From Podarcis gaigeae (lineage: Eukaryota), in NCBI GenBank assembly GCA_964106915.2, contig OZ066922.1: a DNA stretch of 64,000 bases; one strand, 5' to 3'. The translations under genes were made by a program, and so were the position numbers. Under the pieces are notes generated by a model. It saw only the letters and a list, made by a program, of their open reading frames with translations. It did no database searches and was not told the DNA's origin. Numbering within the stretch: the stretch's first letter is position 1; each line of letters opens with the position of its first letter. Of the stretch, positions 50,101 to 62,100 are shown in pieces.

Positions 50101-53100
50101 GTGCTGTCAGTTCAGGACATTAAAGGCATAATTGCTTTAGCCAATTAGCAAGTGCCTTCAGTCACAATGTAAATCAGAGATTACTAGTACCCACAGGGCA
50201 CATATACTTCTTTTGTCTCCTTCAATATTTCCTAGAAGACTCAGCCCAATATGACTAATGAAATGTACTACAAAGCATTACACGGACATTCAAAGGGGAA
50301 AAGATGCTAGGGAAGAAATGTGGGTTATCTAAAGAGAGCTTGCAAGCTTTATGCTTCAAAGAAATCCAAGTACAATCTCAACAGTGTCAGCATTAAACAG
50401 CTTCTACATGCTGAGCTGTACATGACTGCATGCATTATGGAAAGCAAACTGCAAGTGACTAGTGTGCATGAGATTATCAACAGCTCCAATGACTGAAATT
50501 TGTTTTGAAAGCAGCGTGCCTTGATTCATCATCATAAACAAGCTACCCTGAATGAGAATTTTTTAATCGGAAACAAACGTAAGGAAAATGACACATAAGA
50601 CTCTCACATTTACACAGTCTGGCACCACTTATCAAGCCTGTGCATGCTTTTTATCCGTCAGATGGTAGAATGTTTCACAATCATTTCCATAATCCCCTGA
50701 AAAGCCATTTGTGCTTAGAGCAGATAGACTAAAGAGCAAAGTGTACCTCCCCATTGGCTAACAGCATCAAATTGCAAGGATGTTTCAAAGCAAGCAGAAT
50801 TTTAACACAGGGATCATTGGAAAGGAACAGGAAAGACGTCTATCTCTGATTCAGCACCATACTTTGTGAGATTATGGAAAGCAGAAGCATGTTTAATGAT
50901 GCCCTGGTCTTATAGATCAGTATAGTCCTTACTGCAAAATGGGAAAATTGTTCAAACTGGGGAAGACTCAAAGAAAAAGAAAAAGAATTATACAGTGGTA
51001 CCTCAGGTTAAGAACTTAATTCATTCTGGAGGTCCGTTCTTATCCTGAAACTGTCCTTAACCTGAAGCACCACTTTAGCTAATGGGGCCTCCCGGCTGCC
51101 GCCGCGCCGCCAGAGCATGATTTCTGTTCTCATCCTGAAGCAAAGTTCTTAACCCGAGGTACTATTTCTGGGTTAGCAGCGTCTGTAACCTGAAGCGTAC
51201 GTAACCCGAGCATATGTAACCCGAGGTACCACTGTATCAGCCTATTTTTAAGATTTCCTTCTTATGTGCTTCAAGCAGCATGGAAGCTGCTTGGGTGGTG
51301 TGCAAATCCATGGTGTGCATGGGAATGTGACACAATTAGCATCTCACTCAGATGGAGGGTGGCAACTGGGTGGGAAAGATTCAGCCCTGTTGACATGGTC
51401 ATGGTTTTTACATATACCCTTTTGCAGTGTAGGACTGCATCCAACAGAAGCAGCTGCCACAGTCTTTCAAGCACACAGGAAGGGGAATTGACTTTTACAA
51501 TATAACAAACATATTGCAATTTGTTACTCACTTAGATGTTGATCCTGTAAACTGCATACCTCGGTCCAGGAGAGCATTCGCTGTGAGACCCTGCTTAACA
51601 ATCTAGAAGAGAAAATTTCTTATTACTTCTGTTCTAGGGGTTTTAACCTTATACGAGTTTAACATGCAATATCCTATTTGTATTTCCCCTATCACTATGA
51701 ACACTGCTACATGTCTACATTTGACTTTACAGTTGAATTTACAGCTGAAATCTGCACTGATGATACAGATTTATTAAAAAAACACACCACATAATTCCAC
51801 ATTATACTTTTAAAAACATTGCTTGAAAGCAACACAAGGGGTCAGTGTGTCTGGCTGTTAACCAGGAGGTTGGCTGGTTCAAGCCCACCAAGGCACGGCT
51901 GTGGGCAGGATTCCTGCACTGCAGGGGTCTGAACTAGATGATGCTTGGGGTAACTTCCAACTATACAATTCTATGGTTTTAACAAGATGCATAAGTCCTA
52001 AGCGTTCAATGGATCAATACTTTGTAAAGATGTTACACAAAACCACATATTTAATAGATACAAAATGCCCTGACTGAATCTTGAAATAGAAATCCAATCA
52101 GAGCACTTCTTCATGAAAATCAGTCTTATGAACACTTTGAAGAGATTTACAGCAGAATATTTCAGCTCTTGTTTACTGATTCACAATTCAAACAAACTGT
52201 ATGTATGGCTGTGAAGAACTGGCGTGAATTGTTTTTTGGTAAAGTAGATATGCTAACCATTTAACAGACTCCTATGTGATTATGTATCTAACCCTAACTC
52301 ATTCCCATTTCCCAAGTTACAACTTTAATTCCAACACACTTATCCATGATAATTATTTTATATAACTTTAGCACATCATTTCAAAGTTCACCATAACAAA
52401 AATTCACTAACACTATGCACTCCCCATGCATTTTTTACAACCCAATCAAGTGCTTGCTTTCCTTTAAATTGATTTCAAATTCACTGTGCTATTTTTTTAC
52501 CTTAAAGGTTGGGACAGAAAGCTGTTCAAAAGATGAGGAACTTTCCTCACTAGTCGGAGTGTCAAGATCTAAAGGGCGATGTAAGGATGATTTCGAGGTT
52601 CTTTTGTTTGTCGGATGTTTGACTGACCAGTTAACCACTTGGTACTGGGTAAGGTAACTTTGGTAGCAGTTCATTACAGGCTGCTGGGAAGTAATTTGCT
52701 CATTCTCTGGAGCCTTCTCAGCTTCTATGACATATAAATGCTCTACAAGTTCATCTTCTACTCCCAAAGCAGAAACAAATGACGCTTGGGAGGGATGAGT
52801 TTTTATTGGTATGACCTTTGGATCGTGACTAGTTTCTCCATGCAATGTAGTAGTCAAGGGTCCTTCTACACTGTGATAGATTGAACCTCTCCCATAATCA
52901 ATTTGTTTGGCTTGCTTTCTCTTCTTTTTTCTTCCAGGATATGTTCCTGGACCCTCGTCGCTGCTTATGGGTTCAAAGTCCTCAGCTGCTGAAAAGTAGG
53001 CTTCGCTATCAGCCATTGACATGCTGGAGTCCATGGAGCGATACTGATGAAATGAATTTGAGTCTGCAGAAGGGGTATATGGGAATGAACCAAAGCTTCT

Positions 53101-56100
53101 CCTTTGCTTTGGAGAGTCTAAGACATTTTCATCACTGCGGGAGACATCACTGCTGAACTGCACACCAGCTGGAACAGGTTGTTTATCTCCATAGAAGGCT
53201 GCAGTAAGACTTTTGGTACTTCCAAGTCGAGTAGAACATACTGATGCTTGCCGTTTCAAAGGAGATCTAAGAGGAGATTGTCCAACAGGTCTCTCTTGGA
53301 GGTTAGGAGACACAGGACTACTTTCCGAACCTTCTGCTGCAGAACTAGAAGGGGGAGAAAACATTCTTCTCAATAATGATACACATGTTCTCTATAATAA
53401 TAAGAAACTTTCCAGTTGAACAGTGGAATATGAATGATTTGAATAAATAAATTTGCATATAATCCTTAATCACGGGATTCATGAAAGATTGCAATAAATG
53501 ATTAAACAAAGGTCACAATTCCACAAACTGTGGCACCTGCTAAAGTCCCAATTTCTTTTCTTCAGTATACAGTATATAATGGACTGGACAGTAGCCACTA
53601 TATATAATCCATACACTGTATAAGCTAATGCTTCCTGTCTCCTGCCCCTCACTCCTCCAGTGCTCTACATAGCAAGGAAGCAACAAGTCTAGACTTGATG
53701 GGTAGCATCAAAATCAGCCATTTTGTCAGCACTAGGATTCCAACCTGCACCAAATAACTTTACCCCCTCCTCTCCTTGTGCCCTCCCCAAATCTGCTCTG
53801 GAGTGTTGGGGGGAAATCCAGTATAGATATAGGGAGCACTCATAGGGCGGATGAATGCTGCCCACACAGAAATCTTTGCACTGCTGGAACAAGTTAGTTG
53901 GGTACTATCTGTCGCCAGCATTGCCACAGATGTTTTTACGTTCTATAGCCAAAGCTTTTGTTGTGTAGTAAATGAACACTGAGAAGCAGCATATTCACCT
54001 TCCATGGGCATCTTCTCTTTTTGCACCTGCCAAGAACTCCTTTTGCCCCAAGTGGTCTTCAACAGCGGAAGAAGGGCTTTCTCTATCACCTGCAAGCAAG
54101 GGGAGTGCAGCACTAGAACTACTATTCTCTTCTGAAGAGGAGGAAGAACTATGAGATCGTAGCGGTACTTGTAAATTCAGGTGCTGAGATTTTCTTTCTT
54201 CTATTCCCACAGTTCGGCATTCCCAATCTTTCCTTTTAATGCCATTTGCCTTGCCTAAGAACAAAGCAAGAAAATATTATATACAAATCAGTCAATAATA
54301 AAGGTATCAGCACTTTCCCTTTTGTTCTTGGTAAAAAGGATTTGAGGAGTAAGTACATATATGTTTTATCTGTAATTTTTGTAGAAATTGTAACAAGCTA
54401 TCCATGAATCAACCCAGTCACCAATTTAGAATATCTTTCTACAGTACAACACATTATCATCTCCGATATTGGAAACTAGGCATACCAATTTAATAATATA
54501 TGTAGCAATAATCATAACAATAACAGTATTTCAGTGGCAGCTCATTATGTCACTTTCCCCTAAATAATGGCTATTTTATTTATGCCACTAGCTAGCTAGT
54601 GTTAAATGGGAAATTATTTACTATGATGTTAAATAATATCCAAAATATATTAATATTTTGTCAAATATACGCATTTGTACAGACACACACACTAATTACC
54701 ATCCATAATTTTGGGAAGCTCTTTGGTAATAATCCATTCTCCAGGCTGTAGCAAAGATTGTCCATAAAACATATCTGATTCAGCACTTGTACTTGAAAAA
54801 GCAGAGCTACTTGATGGTGTCAGCTCTTCAAGCTTGAAGAAGTCTAATCCTGAAACTGTGCCACCGAAAAACCTACAACCTCCAAGACAGCCACACTTGT
54901 TCTTACTTCTCTTATTTTTTGTATTATCATCTGGCCATAAAAACCATAACCTACAAAAAAAAGGTAACATTTTAAAAAGAGGCATATTTTAATTCAATGG
55001 AATAATATCATTCCAAGTGTTACTAGCCCCCAAACTTCCACAGAAATTGAGGCTAATTATTTCACCCATTTAGCCAAACAAGCAAATTAATCTGCACAGA
55101 TTAAGAAGGATGGGTTGGATGTTTTTTTAGAAGCAGACACGTGCTTAAGGAAGCCAACTGTCACTAAAAATAATGGAAGCGTGCTTCTAAAGCAGCGGTT
55201 CTCAACCTGTGGGTCCCCATATGTTGTTGGACTACAACTCCCATCATCCCTGAGCTCTGGCCTTGCTAGCTAAGGGTGATGGGAGTTGTAGTCCAACAAT
55301 ATCTGGGGACACACAGGTTGAGAACTGCTGCTCTAAAGACTTAGGCTATGGCATGGGGGTTGCAGCATAAAATTAAACTAACCCCACTCCCCAAAAATCC
55401 TTGTCACTAACTCTCATGGTTTAGTACATCAATTCCTAAACATGGAACCCATTAAATCACAATGACAAAATTCTGCCTTAGTATATTTATTCTAGTTATT
55501 AGCAAAGTACTTATTAAGATTCATTCATGCAAGGTAGTAAATATAAGCATTTCACTTGTGCATCATTCAATAGCCCATTAAGCATGACCACATTTTCACT
55601 TTTTGACCCATATGACTACTTAAAAGACATTTTTTCACCTGTAGCTTCTCTTACCTCTTAGTTCTGTTATCATGAGTTTCCAAAAAATGTCTCTGTGCTT
55701 CATGCTTAGAATGGTGATCTGCTGCTAAAGCAACATCAGCAGTGATAAGGCCCAAATTGACTGACCCTGCTTCTAGCCAATATGCTCTCCGCAGCACTGC
55801 AGGCTGAAGGCCAACTCGGCAACTGTTCACTTGCTCAATGTATTGTCGTAGCTGGACGTCTTGAATGGCAGCACTTACACCTTCACCAACAGACTGATTG
55901 TGGAGGTTACAATTGGCAAGGCGTACAGCACCCATCTAAAAGTTAAATAGAGAAAAAATATCAGTGGGTAGCAGTAAAAAGTCTGCCTCTCCCCCTACCC
56001 ATGATAAATGAAATTTGGATGGCATTACCCATGTCCCTCCCTCCTCAAGCACCTCCTTCCCAAGCAGATGATGTAATAACAACACCTTACTCATTTAAAG

Positions 56101-59100
56101 AAAAGTGTAAAATAATGTTTAAGAATTACTACCGAAATGAAGGGTCACGAGATACGAAAAGAACACCTACCTTTATATTAGTGGCACAACCATGTTCTAC
56201 AATGTATATATCTGCCCCATCTACTGCAAGTCGTGTCATAGTGTACTTTAATGCATCTGATGTTGGACAAGGGCCTGAAATGCAACTTATCTAAAGAAAA
56301 TTTGGAACAGAAAACACAATCATGCAAAGAAAAGAAAAGAAAAAAAGAAAAGAAAAGGACATAATTACATATTCTCCTTGGTATAATTTAAAAGGCACGA
56401 GAACAGTGATTATTCTTCTGCAAACTGTGGAACATGCAAAGAGGATTTCCACCTTCTAAACAGTAAAATTGGTGTCCTGGGGAGGGGATGTCTTACTTTT
56501 CTGCATAATATCTTAACTTTTTAAGAAATCCCTCTCTTCCATATTGCCATTTTGAATGCTGCAACTGCATTTCTGTTTTCCACAAAAAGGGGAGGCATGG
56601 ATTTAAAGAATCTATTTATTTCAGAAGCTTGCATCAATCTAGTTTATGAATTCCAATGTGTGCAAAGTATTTCACCCATTCCATGAGCAAGTGGCAGCAA
56701 TGGTTGTGGGGGAGGGGCTTCGGCACAACTACTAATAAAGCTGGAAGGGCATTAACCTCCAAATGTTCACCTATTTCCTACATGACCAATTTATCTTACG
56801 AAACTATAGCTAGTAAATATCAGATCATAGCTAGGCTTTACCTTAGCTTCACAGAAGCGGCGATCAATTCCATGCTGACATATGATTACAGATTTTGGCC
56901 TTTCCAGTTCAAACTCACGGCATGCCACATGAAACACAAATGTCTGCCCCCATTCAAGCAGGCATGCAAGCTGCAAAGAGGTAAGAATACGTTGAGTGAA
57001 GTGAAACAGTCATTAAAATCGAAGGTTTTCACAACTATTTGAAAAATGGTCCAAGACCCTGAACTTTCATGGCTTTCGATCCTTGCAACTGATTCTACAA
57101 AATGAGCTCAAAACCTTGCCCTTATAATTATCATTGTAATGACATACATCCTAGGTCTGCAAAAAGGGAAAGGGCAACATGCAAGGTAGCTTTTGAATGC
57201 AAGCTGCCAGGTGTAGTCAACATTACCAAGTATTTGCTATAGAGTTTTAACTCACTTGTACAACAGACTTGTGCTTGTGTAAAGGTGGCTTCACCTACTG
57301 CTCCCCCCCATAGCCCCCCTGCATTCCCCAAATATCTGATCCAAAGATTTGGGGGACTATCCACAACAGGTAGGATGGGGACAGGGGCTGCAGCGAGGAG
57401 GAGGAGGAGGTGTGAAAGTCCTATCGTACCCTCTTTTTACAAATAGCATTTGTTTGTCACCAGGTTTGTTTCTTTGTTTAAATCCTTCAACCAATAACTT
57501 CTACTCTTCATATTCACACTAAAGCAGCAAACAGGAAAAACTGGAAATGATCAACAAATGGAACATTGATATTGAAAAACACGCTGCTTGTTCAAAGGTG
57601 CTTAAGTTGCATGACAACCAACGTATTGATTCACATGTTAGTCCAAGTATTTGCCAAAATACACATACAAAATAACTGGACTTTTAATTTTATAAAAGTA
57701 ATTTCAGCTGGAAAAGAGGCCTATGGACTTTCCATTCTAATGTTATATACAGTGGTACCTTGGGTTACATATGCTTCAGGTTACAGACTCTGCTAAGCCA
57801 GAAATATTAGTTTGGGTTAAGTACTTTGCTTCAGGATGAGAACAGAAATCGTGCTTCGGCGGCACAGCGGCAGCAGGAGGCCCCATTAGCTGAAGTGGTG
57901 CTTCAGGTTAAGAACAGTTTCAGGTTAAGAACAGACCTCCGGAATGAATTAAGTACTTAACCCGAGGCACCACTGTACATAATATATTCAGTTATAACAA
58001 GCTTCTTATCCCTAGGAGTATGAAGCAGCACTTTGTTGAGAAATCTTTTTAGTAAGCGTATTATTGTGAACAATTGTGCTGTTCTCACTGAAAATATATT
58101 CCACAGAAACTGAAGTGCTAAACATAATGGTTTCTCATGCAACATTTAACTACTTCATAAAAAGAGGGAGGGGGTGATGACGTTCATATAGAAAAAGTAA
58201 GAATGCATTCAACATGCAAGTTCTCCACAAGCCTCTTTCTTCAAGTCTTTTTACTAGGTGTTTTCTCCTATGCAATCAGAACCTAAACTGCCATGAACAA
58301 ATGAGAACCTCAACATTATCTACAGTAGATTCCTGAAAAAAGGAACACAAAAGCTGACAGTGCTTTATCCACCTTCGTTAAGTTTTACTAATGCATCAGA
58401 TTTAAACAGATTAGCTTTTTAAAAAAAATATTGTGTGGATCCAAGCCAAGTAAATCAAAGCAAACCAAAGAAAGGTGCATGTGGAAGCTATTTGAAATTC
58501 TTGATCCTTATCTTCTTAAATTGTGGATGAACAAAGAGCTAAGTCTAACATTTTGAGGTTTAAAAATCTGGACCAACATTTACAGTCCATATACTTCTCT
58601 TTCTTTCTTTCTTTCTTTCTTTCCCTTTATCTAAATGTCCTCCCTTGATTATCATTTTGGAATTTCAATTCCTTTTAGATGGAAACAATCATGTGAATAT
58701 TCCCTTCAAAATCTGGTGTTTCAGAAAAACAGAAAGGAAGCCTAAAATTAGTGACTTAACTCGTAGAATCATAACCTAGTTTAATAAAGCCAGGATATAC
58801 AAAAGTTTCAGGGATTCACATGCCACCCTTTAATGAGAGCAGGAAAACAAGCCAGAAAGATGCACTCAATGAACACTTCCCATTACATGCAAACCATGAG
58901 TTTTGATGGTTTCCAAGCAAGCCAGGATTCATAAGTCAGCTTTAAAGAATGGCTTCATAGTCTCTGGCTTGTTTAACCAGAGTTTCCCAGATTGCATGGA
59001 ATGGGAAGTTATGATTAACTGAGACTTCCTGACTTGCATCTCTGCCCATGTGAAGAAAGGAGGTATAGGGGCTGCATATGGCTTAGCGTGTTTGGATCAG

Positions 59101-62100
59101 GCGCTTGGTTCATGCTAAGAAAACAGTGCAGACATTCAAATCCCATGCTATGTGGCATACCTGTGGGACTGTAACTTTGGATGTCAGGCTCCCAGCTTGC
59201 ACATCAATCAACCATGCATATTCTAAAGAGTCAGCTCCCAGGGGCAGACCTTCTGCTGAAAACATAGCATGGGCCCTTAGCTGCAGACCTGAAAGGCTCA
59301 TATGACCCTCACGAAGAACTTCATCCACACTGGGCCTCTGTGAAGAATAAAAGACTGGTCATGTGGGAGTGAAAGCCCATTAAAATAAGCCTGCATTACC
59401 TGGCTATGGATTCATATTTTGCAGCTATGCAATAGTGTTGCTCTTCTTTTGAAATAGAAAAGCAAATGTTTATAGGTTCATCAGATGCATGTAAGCTATA
59501 ATTTTGCCAAAATGCGCAAATTAGATCAAGATGCTTATGACTCTTACTTATTTTGTTTATCTATGGTGAACGAAATAAACAGTTTAAAATAATTAATATG
59601 AGTTAAGGTTGCTGAAGCAACATGGTTGTAATGAGCGACATCCAATAGTGTCATCCCTCATGCACAATGGACTTCCATTTGCAGNNNNNNNNNNNNNNNN
59701 NNNNNNNNNNNNNNNNNNNNNNNNNNNNNNNNNNNNNNNNNNNNNNNNNNNNNNNNNNNNNNNNNNNNNNNNNNNNNNNNNNNNNNNNNNNNNNNNNNNN
59801 NNNNNNNNNNNNNNNNNNNNNNNNNNNNNNNNNNNNNNNNNNNNNNNNNNNNNNNNNNNNNNNNNNNNNNNNNNNNNNNNNNNNAGGTTTTATTTACAGT
59901 TAAGCAGTATATAAATTTTGTTAAACAAATTGTCAAATTAACAAACAGCTGTTCAAGCAGCTTTGAAAGTATGTAGTCATAGAAAACCTTACGCGAAGGC
60001 TTGAACTAACTTCAATAAAATGATTCACCCAATGCAGCCACGTTACCTGATAGTTGTCATTCAAGAATAAATTCAATGGTGATAACACAAGCTGTAACAT
60101 AGTTTCCTTGTATCCTTTTTTCATCTCAAAGCACAACCTTTCCAAGAAAGCTGTGGGACATTCAGGGCCCTCACTGTTGCAGTGCTGCAGTACAAAACAC
60201 CAAAAATGCCATCAAATGTTGTTCAATGGAATATAAAAGCTGCTCAAATAGTCAAATTACGAAAAGGACTCGCAACACTCTTCAAATGGAGCAGGCCACA
60301 TAGGGAAGTAATCCAATCCCATAAATCAGAATCATATCTTAACTATTTGTGAAGATCCTTGAGTGCTGTATGGCAGAAAGTTTGTGGCCCCCCTCCCCAA
60401 TACAAGCAGCAATGTCCCTATGATGGCACATCTCTCTAGGGCCAAGATCTGAAAGAGTGGGCTTCTGGTTGTGACACATGCCTACATCTATGTATGGGTG
60501 CACATAAGACAGAGATGTCCTTTAACACTGTCCATTGAAATGGGTCTTGAAATGCAATTCAGAGACTAATTGACACTGACTGCTCCCAAGCAAAATAAAG
60601 TTCATGTAACTCTTAATAGCTAGCTTCTTGCCAACATTCAGCTGGTCACCTATTAGAGAAGTCTTTCCCAACAGATACAAGTTTCTTTGTAAGCCTGGAA
60701 GGAGAGCACATATTTTTTAAGTTTAAGGCTTAGTAAAATACGCCACAAGCAGCTGCCAGAAAGAAAGAGATCATGTGGGATATTTTATAGAAAGATAGAA
60801 CCAAACTCTTGATAATGAACTAATTAATAAATGTGATTATTGGCACAATACAGAAAACTGCTGTGTGGCATCCTATGGAGAGGGAAGAAACATCAACAGT
60901 GTCTGTGAGAGACTCACTACTAAAATGGCTGCAGCTATTTGCAGCTTCTCCATAACCTTGTGGCTGCAGCAACATCATTACCAAAGAAAGGAGGGAGGGG
61001 GTGAGGCAGAGGTAAAAACTGCCCTACCTCAATAAGACATCCTTGTCCAAGGAACTATACATTGCTTTGTCATGTGCCTTTACAATATTTTCTATTGATG
61101 TGTCTGTACTACTTAAAGGGACACACCCAAGTCAAACATGACCAATACACCAAAGTCAGGAATTCTCTTTTTCTATGTGCGTACTTATTTTTTTAAACAA
61201 CCCAGCGCACATCTGATGCTTGCAGGTAAACAAGGCACCCAAAGCACTTACCACTGGCAGTCGCCCATGCACTTTGTACACATTAACAAGCACGGTAATA
61301 TCCCAAGGTCGCAAAGTGAGGGGGTGAGCATGTCTGGCTGATGTGTCGCTCTCCTTTTTGTCAGCATCAACTCCTACTGCAGTCCACCCAGAGCTTGAAG
61401 AAGTTGACATGGACAGTACAGGGCTGGAAATCACTTCCTCAAAATCAGTGTACATGTCATCTTCACCGAAATAATTTTCCTGGCAGGACCAATTAGCAAA
61501 ACACATCATAAAAGAGCATAACGTAAACCTTTGACACCACAATAAAGCTCCTTTCCCACAATCCATTTAAACTAATCAACAAGCTTTCATTTTTAAACTA
61601 TATATGAATAGTTAGTATGATCGGGGTTAAGTATCTTATCACATGCTTCAGAGATGAAAAGCTTCCAATTACCAAGCTTTTTAAGCAACGAGGAAGGCTG
61701 ATTTGACAATAACAAAAATATATTCATTATTTATAAAGCACCCAATACTAGAGCAAAACAGAACAAACTGCAAACACTTAAAACTTGGTGGTAGACTGCT
61801 CTGCTCACAATTTCTGCTATCGCCCACATGAAAAGGCAGCACACGCTGACCCATATCTACACAGAAACATCACACTCAGTTCCCCAAGCCAGAACCATCT
61901 AGACTTTCCTTCACACGGTAAAATGACTCATAGATCAAAACATTGCTTGTTCCATGTGCTTTAATAAAGGTAAGACCAGCGAGTCCATCATACCTTTATA
62001 GAAAGGAAGGCTTTCAAAAGAGGCCCATATAAAGTTATATGGGAGTCTGGAGAGAGTTCCAGTTCTACACGGAGTCTGTCCGGTGGAAGCTCTGAGGGGT

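Noticed and set aside
50190-50560. Candidate micro-exons (24 nt near 50208-50231 and 28 nt near 50520-50547)
   Set aside because: Both have an in-frame TGA in the required phase-2 frame and weak or non-canonical donors.
59609-59936. ORFs containing X runs
   Set aside because: Artefacts of the N gap.
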